Positions 12,771-24,984 of a DNA stretch of 64,000 bases are shown piece by piece. A program made the translations under genes and the position numbers. Below the pieces are notes generated by a model. That model did no database searches. It worked only from the letters and a program-made list of their open reading frames with translations, and was not told the DNA's origin. How positions within the stretch are numbered: position 1 is the stretch's first letter; each line of letters begins with the position of its first letter. This stretch comes from Cetorhinus maximus (Eukaryota). Location of the stretch: contig NW_027596437.1 of the NCBI RefSeq assembly GCF_964194155.1, forward strand, positions 124,001 to 188,000, in the 5' to 3' direction.

Positions 12771-12784
12771 CATAGATGCTGGAT

Positions 12785-12945
12785 CTTGTGTAGGTCCAGA
12801 CTGGGTGGCAGGTTGCCTTCCCTGAAGGTCATTAGTGAACCAGTTGGGTTTTTATGACAATCCAGCAGTTTTCATGTTCACTTTTTCTTAATGCCAACCC
12901 CACAAATTACCAGATTCATTCAGCTCAGTTTCACAACCTGCCTTT
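12785..12945 (-). mobile_element. HE1-type SINE fragment
   Basis: ccttccctgaaggtcattagtgaaccagttgggtttttatgacaatc is the reverse of the HE1 body. Confidence 0.65.
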
Positions 12946-13113
12946 GTGTTTTTGTGGGTTCTCTCTCACTCCCTTTTTTCTGTTTTCAATTAATTTTACA
13001 GGGTATTAGAAGGGGAGGATTTGCAGTCGGTAAACTCAAACCAAACATCACATCAAAATCTGACAGAGTCACCCAATTTATTGTAATGTGAATATCATCA
13101 TTGGATTTTGAAT

Positions 13114-13908
13114 ATGGAAGGAAAAAGCACCATTCACAGTGGGGAGAAACTGTACACGTGTTGTGTGTGTGGACAGGACTTCAGCCAATCATCTGACCTG
13201 TCAGAACATAAATGCAGTCTCAATGGGCAGAAACCATTGAAATGTGGGGACTGTGGGAAAGGATTCGATTACCCATCGAAGCTGGAAACTCATCGGCGCA
13301 GTCACACCCGGGAGAAGCCATTCACCTGCTCCGAGTGTGGGAAGGGATTTGCTACCTCATCCCACCTGGTGAGACACCAGCGAGTTCACACTGTGGAGAG
13401 ACCATTCACCTGCTCCAAGTGTGGGAAGGGATTCAATCAGTCATCCAACCTAGCGTTACACCAACGGGTTCACACTGGGGAGAGGCCATTCACCTGCTCC
13501 CAGTGTGGGAAGGGATTCACTTATTCATCCACCCTGCAGACACACCAACGAGTTCACACTGACGAGAGACCTTTTAAATGCACAGACTGCGGGAAGTGCT
13601 ATAAAAGTTCCGTGGACCTGATGTCCCATCAACGTATTCACACTGATGAGAAACCATTCAGGTGCTCTCGCTGCGGGACTGGGTTCAGGAACTCATCTCA
13701 ACTCACTGTACACCAGCGAGTTCACACGGGGGAGAGGCCATTCACCTGTCCCCAGTGTGGGAAGGGTTTCACTCAATCATCCAACCTCCTGACACACCAG
13801 CGAATTCACACTGGGGAGAGGCCGTTCACCTGCTCTGAGTGTGGGAAGGGATTCACTACCTCATCCGGCCAGCTGAAACACCAGCGAGTTCACAAGTCAC
13901 TACAGTGA
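13114..13908 (+). CDS. C2H2 zinc-finger protein (8 canonical fingers plus 1 atypical)
   Basis: Open ORF from ATG 13114; acceptor taattttacag| at 13001; AATAAA ~13968. Confidence 0.88.
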   Translation: MEGKSTIHSGEKLYTCCVCGQDFSQSSDLSEHKCSLNGQKPLKCGDCGKGFDYPSKLETHRRSHTREKPFTCSECGKGFATSSHLVRHQRVHTVERPFTCSKCGKGFNQSSNLALHQRVHTGERPFTCSQCGKGFTYSSTLQTHQRVHTDERPFKCTDCGKCYKSSVDLMSHQRIHTDEKPFRCSRCGTGFRNSSQLTVHQRVHTGERPFTCPQCGKGFTQSSNLLTHQRIHTGERPFTCSECGKGFTTSSGQLKHQRVHKSLQ

Positions 13909-14309
13909 TTGGATTTTTCTGTTAATCACATTTGGAACTGGAATTGGGGTCTGTTTCTGCTGATGTTAATAAACTCCATCCCAGCTATAGGTGTTAATAT
14001 AGTTGATAAATGTAAAAAAAAATCAGTTTTGTGTTAACACACAGTGTGGTGAATCTTTATAGTATTTCTAACACAAGTTAGTTCCTTTTGAAGGGCTCTC
14101 CCCGTATCCTCCAACCTCACCGCCAACAACAAGCATGAGGAGCTCATGGAGCTTCTTTGTCACTAAGATTGAGACAATCCAATCAGCTGCCTCTGCTGCT
14201 CCCCTACTTTCCACTAGCCCACTGGGCCAAACTGTGTCTAAAGTTCCTCCTTGTCTGAGCCCTGAACTCCCATCTTTCTCCATCCAGCCTCCACACACAC
14301 ACCAGTGAG

Positions 14310-14825
14310 TTCATATTGGAGAGAGAGGGTTTAAATATTTAGACTGTGACAAGAGCTTTAAAAACCCACATTCACTGATGATGCACCAGTGCATTCACTC
14401 CGGATCCACTCCATTCACCTGCTCTCAGTGTGGGCAGAGGTTCAGGTGATTGTCTGTCCTGCAGCAACACCGGTGAGTTCACACTGGGGAGAGGTCATTC
14501 ACCTGCTCCGTGTGTGGGGAGGGATTCCCAACTCATTCAACCTCTTGACCTACCAGCGAGTTCACACTGACGGAAGATCTTTTAAATGTCTGGATTGCTG
14601 GATATGTTATGAAAGATCTATGGAGCTGACATGTCATCAACATGTTCACACTGACAAGAGACTGATCAGGTTCTCTCACTACGGGACTGGGTTCAGATGA
14701 TCATATGAACTCAGTGTCCACCATTGCACCCACACTGGGGAGAGACCATTCACCTGCTCCGTATGTGTGAAGAGATTCAATCGGTCATCCACCCTGCTGA
14801 GAAACCAGTGAGTTCACAGGTGACA
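14310..14825 (+). pseudogene. Decayed C2H2 zinc-finger array
   Basis: cacactggggagag...ccattcacctgctcc linker repeats with frameshifts and stops, followed by the family 3'UTR. Confidence 0.85.
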
Positions 14826-14989
14826 GCAGAGGTTGTATTCTGCTCTTATTGCTGCTGTTAATCACATCCATGACTGAATCATGTTAACAAAACATAAGAA
14901 CAAGGAGCAGGAGTGGGTAATTCAGCCCCTCGAACCTGCCCTACCATTCAATACAATCATGGCTGATCTCTTTTCAGCCTCAACTCCAA

Positions 14990-15072
14990 CAGTTCTGATA
15001 AAGAGTCATATGGACTCGAAACGTTAACTCCGCAGAAGCTGTCAGACCTGCTGAGTTTTTCCAGCTATTTTT
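14990..15072 (+). mobile_element. Penelope-derived fragment with a minimal hammerhead-like motif
   Basis: AGTT-CTGATAA-a-GAGTC-atatg-GACTC-GAAAC-GTT-AACT. Confidence 0.65.
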
Positions 15073-15699
15073 GTCAAATAAATCAATGTTGTTTGAAACA
15101 CATTGTTGTAGATGTTTCTCTTTCCCACCTGAGTGTTTAACATCACCTGGCTGGAACTCAGAAAGGACAATCTGGGGGAGGATCATACGGCAGGAACAGA
15201 ACTTCAGCCTGGACACAGTCCTTCAGGGTCACACTGAGAAGGACAAGCGGCACTTTGGTCTTTCTCATCTCTCTTCACTGACAGCAAAGTCCGTGTGTGG
15301 GTTAACCCTGAGGTGTGGATGAAATGTGTCCCAGCCGCTCTCTTTCATGGTTCAGGGCTCCTAGACACGGAACAGAAGGCTCCTTTACAACTGGGTTTAG
15401 AGTCAGGAAGAACAACGGTGAATGCTGGAAACGTGCTGTCAAATCAGTGATTGGTGTAAAACTGTGATCTGTTCCTGACTGAGAGTGAAACGGCAGGTTT
15501 AAGTTTCCAGTCTGAAAATGATTGTGGTAATTATTCCATGATGATTGAATGTGTTTGTGTGACAGTCCTGAAACTACAACTTGAGGGCTGGTGTTACTAG
15601 TTTAAAATAAACCCATTTTAAGTAATTTTGTGAAAGTCTGCATTAAAATAACAGATGGAAGAGTTCATAGGAGCCAGTTAACTGCTGGGATAATTATGC

Positions 15700-17090
15700 C
15701 TGTACCCACTTATGTCCTGCACACAAGGAGCAGGACAAATCCAACCCGGCCAATTACCGCCCCATCAGTCCGCTCTCGAACATAAATAAACGATACTATC
15801 AAGCAGCACTCGCTGAGCAAGAACTTGCTCATTGACGCCCAGTTTTGTTCCGCCAGGGCCACTCAGCTCCTGACCTCATTAAAGCTTTTGTTCAAACATG
15901 GTCAAAACAACTGAACTCTCAAAGTGAGATGAGAGTGACTGCCCTTGACATCAAGGCCGTATTTGACAGAGTGTAGCATCAAGGAGCCCGAGCAAAACTG
16001 GAGTCAATGAGAATCAGGGGGGAAATTCTCCACTGGTCAGAGTCATACCTAGCACAAAGGAAGATCGTTGAGGTTGTTGGAGGTCAGTCATCTCAGCTTG
16101 AGGACAACACTGCAGGAGTTCCTCAGGGTAGTGTCCTAGGCCCAACCATCTTCAGCTGCTTCAGACCTTCCTTCCATCTTAAGGTCAGAGATGTTCGCTG
16201 ATGATTGCACGATGTTCAGCACTATTCGCAACTCCTCAAATACTGAAGCAGTCCATGTCCAAATGCAGCAAGACCTGGATAATATCCAGGTTTGGGCTGA
16301 CAAGTAACATTCGCGTCGCCCAAGTGCCAGGCAATGACCATCTCCAACAAGGGAGAATCTAACCATCGCCCCTTGACATTCAATGGCATTACCATCACTG
16401 AATCCCCCACTATCAACATTCTGCGGGTTACCATTGACCAGAAACTGAAGTGGTCCAGCCATATAAATACTGTGGCTACAAGAGCAGTTCAGAGGCTAGG
16501 AATCCTGTGACGAGTAACTCACCTCCAGACTCCCCAAAACCTGTCCACTATCTACAAGGCACAAGTCAGGGGTGTGATGGAATACTCCCCACTTGCCTGG
16601 ATGAGTGCAGCTTCAACAACACTCAAGAAACTTGACACCATCCAGGATAAAGCAACCCACTTGATTAGGACCACATCCACCAACAATCACTCCCTCCAGC
16701 ACTGACATACAGTAGCAGCAGTGTGTAGCATCTACAAGATGCACTGTAGGAATTCACCAAGGCTCCTTTGACAGCACCTTCCAAACCCACGACCACTACC
16801 ACCTAGAAGGACAAGGGCAGCAGAAAGATGGGAACACCACCACCTGGAAGTTCCCCTCCAAGTCACTCACCATCCTGATTCAGAACAATATTGCCGTTCC
16901 TTCACTGTGGCTGGGTCAAAATCCTAGAATTCCCTCCCTAACAGCACTGTGGGTGTACCTACACCACATGGACTGCAGTGGTTTAAGAAGGCAGCTCATC
17001 ACCACCTTCTCAAGGGCAACTAGGGATGGGCAACAAATGCTGGCCCAGCCAATGAAGCCCACATCCTCTGAATGAATAAAAAAAAACAGA
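15700..17090 (+). mobile_element. HER1-type (CR1/L2 group) LINE, 5'-truncated
   Basis: RT remnants (GVPQGSVLGPTIFSCF, FADD); 3' tail caagggcaactagggatgggcaacaaatgctggcc...gaatgaataaaaaa shared with HE1 SINEs. Confidence 0.85.
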
Positions 17091-17589
17091 CACTTGATCT
17101 CCAGATAAAGCAGGAGCTGCAGTGTGTTTCCAGGAATTCCCTGTTTTATTGATGTGTGTGTGAGAGACATCAGGATAACTAAAAATACCCAACTTGGAAC
17201 ACCCATGGCAGTGTGATCCCGACAGTTACTCTGGGATCACTTCCGCTGTGGAGCTCCACCACTGACCCTGCTGAAGGTTGTGGGGTCTCCAGGAGTGGAC
17301 TGTAAAAAAACTGGATTTCAGTATCCTGACTAATACATGGTAACAAACCAGAGGAATCCTGACTGAAGAGCTCTCTGGGGTTTTACCTGTCAGTGTAGGT
17401 CTAGGGGTGAATGATTCCCGACTCCCTGAACTGTCTGACATTGAACCCAGTTTAGAACAAGATGGATTCAGTATCCAGGAGAATAGGGACAAATATCACC
17501 CACAATTGAGGGAGACAAAAGCAGCCTTTAGAGAAGTGAAGCAATCTTTGGAAAAGAAGGTGGTGAACAATTATAGGAATAATAGTGAC

Positions 17590-18230
17590 AACTTTTCCAG
17601 CTCCATCAGGAGTGAGAAGATGGTTAAAGATGGTTTTGAGTCTCAGTCAGTTCAGGACAGATTGAAACAGATTGCCAGGATATAACAGAGCTGTTAAATG
17701 ACTATTTCACATCAGTCTGCACTCCTGTGGATGATGTTCAGATTCCAGCTGTGGGATGTGCTGTTGACAGTAACATCATCAATATTAAAGTAGAAAGTGA
17801 TTGTCATCCTGGATAAAATAGGAAATCTCAAACTAGATGGTGCTCCAGGTCCAGATGATACCCACCCAAGGGTGTTTAAGGAGATGGGACGGCTACTCTT
17901 TGAGCCCCTTGGCTGAATCTTCAACAGCTCAAGAGAGTTGAGGATTGTTCCCTGAGATTGGAAGGCACCTCACTTAGTTCCCGCTTTACGAATTGGAGAC
18001 AAATCAGAAACAGGGAACGACAGGCCCATGAGTGTGATGTCGATCACAGGATCTTGAAGGGATCCTAAGAGATGCCGTTTCTGATCACTGGGAAAGAGAA
18101 GGAGCCATTAGAGATCCTCAACATGGCTTCCAGAAAAGAAGGTCACAACTTACAAACCTGTTTGTGTTTTGTGGAGAAGTTGTTGTGTTTGTGGATGAGG
18201 GGAATCAGATTGACATTGTCTATCTCTGGG
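17590..18230 (+). mobile_element. Old CR1 ORF2 fragment
   Basis: Decayed APGPDDTHPRVFKE, VP*DWK and RPMS motifs. Confidence 0.6.
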
Positions 18231-18549
18231 TGTAATCCAACAACACCTTGTATTTACACAGAGGGTTGTCGGGCTGGAGGAGATTACAGAGACTCAGGAG
18301 TGTCAAACTAATTTTCCATGGTGGCTCTGATCTGATATCCTGGCACTGGGTGAGGGCCACATTCAGCAGAAGTTATTAAAATGGAACTAGATACAGATAA
18401 ACTACATCAGTATTTACTGACATCTCCATTTATTTACTGCTCTTGCTGCTCCTGACACCTGACACCTCTTAGCTTCAACCATCACATCAACACTTGGAGC
18501 AAATGACTCGGCTGAGGCCTGTCTCAGATAAAAACACGAGGACCACTTG

Positions 18550-19125
18550 TCATCACAGAAATTTAGAGCACAGAGGAGGCCATTGAGCCCATCATGCGTG
18601 TGCTGGCCGAAAATTAGTTATCCAGTCTAATCCCACTTTCCAGCTCTTGGTCTGTAGCCCTGGAGGTTACAGCACCTCCAGCTGTATATTGGAGTGTTTC
18701 TTAAATGTGATGAGAGTTTCTGCCTCTACCACCCTTTCTGACAGTGAGTTCCAGATCCCCAACCACCCTCTGGGTGAAAACATTACTCAGCTCCCCTCTA
18801 ATCCTCCATCAATTAGTTTAAATCTTTGCCCCCTGGTTACTGATCTCTCTGTTAATGAAATAGGTCCTGTCCGCTCTATCTGGGCCCCTCATAATTTTAT
18901 ACATCTCAATTAAATCTCCCCTCAGCCTCCTCTGTTCCACAGAAAACAATCCCAGTCTATCCGATATTTCCTCACAGTCAAAGTTCCCCAATCTGGGCAA
19001 CATATAGATAAACCTCTTCTCTACCCTCTCCAGTGCAATCACATCCTGTAATGTGGTGACCTGAACTGTACTCAGTACTCTAGCTGTGGTCTAACTAGTG
19101 TTCTTTACAGTTCTGGAATAACCGA
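18550..19125 (-). mobile_element. CR1 3' fragment
   Basis: ALERVEKRF...RLGLFSVEQRRLRGDLIEMYKIMRG. Confidence 0.8.
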
Positions 19126-19459
19126 TCTATCACCTCCCATTAACTTCAGTGTAATGGAAACTGACAGTTGGAACCTGTCAACATTTGAAAGATATTTACA
19201 AATGATTCGAGGGTTTCTTACAGATGGGATCTTTCTCTGTTCTGTCCACTCGAGGTGTTAGATAACAGACTTTCTCCTGGGAATATTGAGCTGGAATATT
19301 GGGCCGTGATGTGTTTCCTTGTTCATCTTGTTGACTCTAAATGCTGAATCTTGTGATTTCAGACACCAGATAATCAAACTCACAACAATAGATTGTCTTT
19401 CCTGACTTTATTAACAGCACTGCAATCATACAGAGTATAGTTCCCCGATCCAGGGAACA

Positions 19460-20165
19460 GGGGTAATGTTGGGGTAGACGCCTCGTTGTTCGAGTATGTC
19501 CAAGCTGTCAATGATTGCATCGTTTTCTGTGGCTCCTCTCATGACTGAAGAGTCTGATGTGGGATTGCCATGGACTGGCAGTTCATGTTGTCGTTGTTGG
19601 TACCGGGGGAACTTCTGCAGCTGCTCCACCACTGGTCTTCCTCTGGGCACATCGGATGTTGCGAGTCTGGAGTAGATGGTCCTTGAAACATGCTGAACCA
19701 AATTTCAGTGTTTGCCTCCACATGGGCCGGTCGGCTGCAATGTTTTCCCCAGAGAGGTGGTCTGCAATGCACAAGTTTGTAAGGCTCTTTTTTAAGGGTG
19801 TCCTTGTACCGTTTGTACTGACCACCTTGATGTTGTTTACCCTGAGGCAGTTCCCCATTGACGATCTGCTTGGGGATTCTGTCATCATCCATGTGGGGGA
19901 CATGGCCTGGCCATCCAAGTGGAATTTTCTGGAGGGTGGTCTCTGTGCTGTTGAGCCCAGCACGATGGAGACCTCGTTGTTTTGTGATTTTGTCCTGCCA
20001 TCGAATCCTCATGATGGACCTCAGGTGTCTTTGGTGGAAGCGTTCCAGAGCTTTGACGTGGCTCCGATAGCAGACCCAGGATGCTGCTCCATAGAGCAGG
20101 GTGGTAAGGACAATGGCCTGGGAGAGTCTGAGTTTAGTCTTCAGGTTAATGCCATGCTGCTTCCA
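19460..20165 (-). mobile_element. RTE-clade LINE 3' end
   Basis: MRIRWQDKIT...WPGHV..MDDDRIPKQIVNGEL..G.QYKRYKDTLKK. Confidence 0.85.
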
Positions 20166-20199
20166 GACACAAACAGAAATAATACAGTGGATTCAGAGC

Positions 20200-20675
20200 T
20201 CGATTACATAGGATTACAGAGGATATAAGGCACAGAAATAGGCCATTCAGCCTAACCAGTCCATGCTGGTGTTTATGATCCACTCGAGCCTCCTCCCATC
20301 TTTCCTCATCTAAATCCATCACTGTAACCCTCTACTCCCTTCTCCCTCTTGTGCTTATCTCGTTTCCCCTTAAATACATCCATACTATACACTTCACCCA
20401 CTCCCTGTGATAGTGAGTTCCACATTCTCACCACTCTCTGGGTTAGGAAGTTTCTTCTGAATTCCCTATTGGATTCTTGGTGACTATCTTATATTGATGG
20501 TCTCTCTTCCCCACAAGAGGAAGCATTCTCTCTGTATCCTCTCTATCAAAACCTTTCATCAATTTAAAGGCCTCGATTAGGTCACCTCTCAGTCTCCTTT
20601 ATCCAAGAGAGAAGAGACCCAGCCTGTCAATCCTTTCCTCATATGTCAACACAAACATTTCTGGTATCATTCTTG
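20200..20675 (-). mobile_element. CR1 3' fragment
   Basis: Reverse CR1 tail (ggccattcagcc...gagttccacattctcaccactctctggg...aggtcacctctcagtctcc). Confidence 0.75.
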
Positions 20676-20679
20676 TCAA

Positions 20680-21245
20680 ACAGCGCGTCCCTTCGGCTGT
20701 TCACAACAGGGAAAGTGCTGACCATAATAAACCAGCCCATGCTTGCAAATCTCAGAACTAAGTGTCCAACATGATAAGCGACTCTGCAATTGGACAGCGC
20801 TTACTAAACAAATCTGATTGTGCTAAGAATGACACTGACAAACAATTTAAAATTATCAGTCATGCTCACGGTATAGCTCACTTACACATGCTAGAAACTC
20901 ATGTATTCACACACAGGGTCCCGTCCTTTGCAAACAGAAAGAGCATGTCCACACACTGCGCTTTCTCAAAAAAACAAAAGCTTAGGGACAGTCATTCCCT
21001 GGTTCATTTCCCATGACCAATCAGAGTCGACCTACCTGGTTTGAATTTAAACAAAAGCTTGGCAGTTAACTACTGCCTGGTGCATTTTCCATGGTAACAC
21101 CTCTACCAATCAGAGTCCTCTTGCCAACCAATCAGCCCCTCCTCTCATGTAGTATAAATCATTGTTCCATTTACAATTGGTATTCTTACAAATCTGTCCT
21201 GATGAGTGCAGGATGAAAAACTTCAACAGCATGTCTCTTTTTTCA
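20680..21245 (+). mobile_element. Penelope-like element 3' end (GIY-YIG C-terminus plus pseudo-LTR with hammerhead-like motif)
   Basis: SAIGQRLLN..CAKN...FKIIS.A....HL..LE resembles the Penelope endonuclease end; CCAAT repeats and TATAAA; ctgtc-CTGATGA-gtgcaggat-GAAA-aacttc-aacag ~21194-21230. Confidence 0.75.
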
Positions 21246-21322
21246 GAAATGTTCAGCAAAATTTTACCAATAATGATCCTGGGTGTGTTATCCTTCCCTG
21301 GATGCCAAGGCTAGGAGAGACA

Positions 21323-22278
21323 TAATAACTTAAGAAATAGGAACTGGAGTAGACCATTCGGCCCCTTGAGCCTGCTCCACCATTCAATAAGATCATGGCT
21401 GATCTTATGTTTCAATCCTGATAACCTTTGATTCCCTCACCTAACAAGAATCTATTTACCTGTGCCTTAAAAATATTCAGTGACCCCGCCTCCACCGCCT
21501 TCTGAGGCAGAGTTCCAAAGTTGCACAATGCTCTGAGAGAGATAAAATTTTCATTTCTGTCCTAAAAGGGCGACCCTGATTTTAAAACAGTGCCCCCTAG
21601 ACTCACCCACAAGAGGAAACATCCTTTCGACATCCACCTTGTCAAGGCCGTTCAGGATCTTGTAAACTTCAATCAAATCACCCGTCACTCTTCTAAACTC
21701 CAGTGGAAACAAGACCAGTCTGTCCAACCTTTCCTCATAAGACAACCCACTCATTCCAGGTATCAATCTAGTAAACCTCCTTTGAACCGCCTCCAATGTA
21801 TTTCTATCCTTCCTTAAATAAGGAGACTAAAACTGTATACAGTATTCGAGGTGCGATCTCACCAATGTCCTGTATAACTCAAGCGTGAAATCCTTACATT
21901 TATGTTCAATCCCTCTCATAATAAAGGATTGCATTCCATTAGCCTTCTTAATTACTTGCTGTTCCTGCTTAATAACTTTTTGTGACTCATGTACTAGAAT
22001 ACCTAAATCCCTCTGCACCTCAGAATTATGCAGCCGTTCTCCATTTAAGTAATACTCTGCTTTTTCATTCTCCCTGCCAAAGTGAACTTCACATTTTCCC
22101 ACATTAAACTCCATTTGCCAGGTCTTTGTCCACTCACTCAACCTACCTATATCCATCTGCAACCTCCTCATGCCCTCTTCACAACATACTTTCCTATCTA
22201 TCTTTGTGTCCTCTGCAAATTTAGCCACCATGTCTTCACTCCCCTCATCTCAGTCATTGATGTAAATCGTAAAAAGTT
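21323..22278 (-). mobile_element. CR1 LINE, 5'-truncated, with 6-bp TSD GAGACA
   Basis: KFAEDTKI...WQMEFNVGKC...RSHLEYCIQF; GAGACA at 21317-21322 and 22279-22284. Confidence 0.88.
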
Positions 22279-22375
22279 GAGACACTCTGGGAGGTACGGG
22301 GAGCTGGGACTTGTCCATGAGAGTAACTGAAGGTATGAAAACTGAAATAATCTAGAGTTAGAAAGGAGAAAAGGT

Positions 22376-23800
22376 TCAGTTCTGGATGTGATTCTCAGCA
22401 TCAACAACTGAATCCAACTTTTCTGGTAACATATGAACTCGCTTATGTCTCAGCAGGTCGGATGACCGAGTAAATCTCTTCTCACACATGGAGCAGGTGA
22501 ACGGCCTCTCCCCAGTGTGAATTCGTTGGTGTCTCAGCAGGTTGGATGAATTAGTGAATCCCTTCTCACACACAGAACAGGAGAACGGCCTCAACCCCAT
22601 ATGAATGCGGTGGTGTCTCAGCAGGTGGGTTGAACCAGTGAATCCCTTCCCACACAAGGAGCAGGTGAACAGCTTCTCCCTAGTGTGAATGCGCTGATGT
22701 CTCACCAGATAAGATGAACAAGTGAATCCCTTCCTACACACTGTGCAGGTGAACGGCCTCTCTCCAGTGTGACTGCGCTGGTGTCTCACCAGATGGGAAG
22801 AATGAGCGAATCTCTTCCCACACGTGGAGCAGGTGAACGGCCTCACACCGGTGTGAAATCGCTCATGTACCTCAAGGTAGGACAAACGAGAGAAACTCTT
22901 GCCACATACGGAGCAGATGAATGGCCTCTCCCCAGTGTGAACCCACTGATGTGTCCGCAAGTTGGCTGACTGAGTGAATCTCTTCCCACACACGGAGCAG
23001 GTGAAAGGTCTCTCTCCAGTATGAACTCGCTTGTGTATCAGAACTTGGTTTGAACGAGTGAATCCCTTGCCACATATGGAGCAGGTGAATGGTCTCTCCC
23101 CGGTGTGAATCCGTTGGTGCATAAGAAGGCTGGATGACCGAATGAAACCCTTCCCACACACGGAGCAGATGAATGGTCTCTCCCCAGTGTGACCACGCTT
23201 ATGTGTCAGAAGGTGGAAAGAATGAATGAATCTTTTTCCACACACAGAGCAGGGGAACGGCCTCTCCCCAGTGTGAATGCACTGGTGCCTCAGCAGATCA
23301 ATGCTTCTTTTAAAGGTTTTCTCACATTCGGAGCATTTAAAAGGTCTCTCATCGGAGTGAACCAGTTGGTGCTTAGTGTAGCTTGAAAACTGAGTGAATG
23401 CCTTCCCACACTGGGAGCAGCAGAATGGCCTGTCCTTGGTGTGAACTCGCTGGTGCTCAGTGAGATGCCCTGACTCACTGAACGACTCCCCACAGAGAGA
23501 GCAGCTGAACGGCCTCTCGTGTGTGTGAAGGAGCTGGTGCTCCGCGAGGCAGGAGGACAGCCTGAACCTCTTCCCGCAGTGGGAGCAGCTGAACGGTCTC
23601 TCATCAGTGTGAACTCGCTGCTGCTGGACCAGTTCCTCAGAGGTTTCAAAACTTTTCCCAGAGTGAGAGCATTGAAGAGGCTTCTCATCAAAGTGATCGA
23701 GTTGGTGTGCCAGCAGGTTGGATGAGCACATGAATTTCTTCCCACACGCAGAGCAGGTGAACAGCCTCTCACTATTTTGAGCTCGCTGTCGTGTCAGCAT
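22376..23800 (-). CDS. C2H2 zinc-finger protein (16 fingers, one defective)
   Basis: Long uninterrupted ORF; first in-frame ATG at 23800; acceptor ttttacag|GGTAATAG at ~23990. Confidence 0.88.
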   Translation of the reverse strand: MLTRQRAQNSERLFTCSACGKKFMCSSNLLAHQLDHFDEKPLQCSHSGKSFETSEELVQQQRVHTDERPFSCSHCGKRFRLSSCLAEHQLLHTHERPFSCSLCGESFSESGHLTEHQRVHTKDRPFCCSQCGKAFTQFSSYTKHQLVHSDERPFKCSECEKTFKRSIDLLRHQCIHTGERPFPCSVCGKRFIHSFHLLTHKRGHTGERPFICSVCGKGFIRSSSLLMHQRIHTGERPFTCSICGKGFTRSNQVLIHKRVHTGERPFTCSVCGKRFTQSANLRTHQWVHTGERPFICSVCGKSFSRLSYLEVHERFHTGVRPFTCSTCGKRFAHSSHLVRHQRSHTGERPFTCTVCRKGFTCSSYLVRHQRIHTREKLFTCSLCGKGFTGSTHLLRHHRIHMGLRPFSCSVCEKGFTNSSNLLRHQRIHTGERPFTCSMCEKRFTRSSDLLRHKRVHMLPEKLDSVVDAENHIQN

Positions 23801-24383
23801 GTTTACCAGCTGTATCAATCCCTTCACACAGGAGGAGCAGGTGAACAGCCTCTCACCAGTTTCCAGCTGAGGCGGTCGATTAAATCCCTTCAGATGTACA
23901 AATCTTCAGATCCCAATGACCCAGCTGACTCTGTCAGACGTGAGGTTTGATTTGATATTCCTGTCTGCAGATCCTCCTCTTCTATTACCCTGTAAAATAA
24001 GTTTACAAAGAATTACACTGTGTACATTACACAAACAGGCCATTCGGTTTATCTAGTCTGTACTGGAGTTTCTACTCCACACAAATCTCCTCCCATTCTG
24101 CCAACCTAATCTCAGCCTTTCAGCTGATCTTTCTAATCCCTTTTCTCTCATGTTCTCATTTAATTTCTTTTTGAAAGAGTCTCAGGTATTTTTCTCAGCC
24201 ACTTACTGTAGTAGCGAGTTCCACATTTTAATTACTGCCTGAGGAAAGAAATATCTCCAGTTTTCCTGTTGGATTTATTTGTAACTATTGTGTACACAAG
24301 ACCTCCAGCATTGGACAGACCAACAAGTGGAAACATTCTGTCCGCATCGACCTGCCCATCCTAATGAGGATTTTAAAGACCTA

Positions 24384-24650
24384 GATAAAAGCAAAATACT
24401 GCGGATGCTGGAAATCTGAAACAAAAACAAAAATTGCTGGAAAAAAACTCAGCAGGTCTGACAGCATCTGTGGAGAGAAAGACAGAGTTAACGTTTCGAG
24501 TCCATATGACTCTCGAGTTCTGAAGAAGTCATACGGACTCGAAACGTAAACTCCGCCTTTCTCTCCATTGATGCTGCCGGACCAGCTGAGTTTTTCCAGG
24601 TGTTTCTGTTTTTGTATTGGATTTTCAGCATCTGCAGTTTTTTGTTTTTA
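24384..24650. mobile_element. Palindromic Penelope-derived non-autonomous element with hammerhead motif
   Basis: Two inverted arms of ~125 bp; GAGTT-CTGAAGA-AGTC-atacg-GACT-c-GAAAC-GTA-AACTC at 24515-24553. Confidence 0.75.
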
Positions 24651-24689
24651 TAGAAATGCACAATATTCTCTCCTCCTGCTGACAGGGAC

Positions 24690-24960
24690 AGGGATGTCTG
24701 CGCATGCGTACTGCTGCACATTGACCCCGCTCAAGATGGCGGCCGTTGACTCCGCCATTTTACTGAGAACCGCGGCCCGCAGCTGCTCCCAGGACCGTTC
24801 GCTGCGACCGCGGGGCCACTGCAATTTACTCGGGTGTCGAAGCCTCCAGTGGACCTTTATAACATCTCACTGCCCACTCCACCGCCTCCAATCCTCCCCA
24901 TCTACCGGCTTCATTGACTTGCCTGCACTCGAAAATTGTCAACTCCTTCGACCAGCTCTT
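24690..24960. promoter_or_regulatory. CpG island / promoter module of the 16-finger ZNF
   Basis: GCGCATGCGT ~24700, AAGATGGCGGCCG ~24733, CCGCCATTTT ~24752. Confidence 0.65.
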
Positions 24961-24984
24961 GCTGCAGGATGTTAAATTGGAATG

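Noticed and set aside
19557-20228. 223-aa plus-strand ORF
   Set aside because: Antisense to an RTE LINE 3' end.
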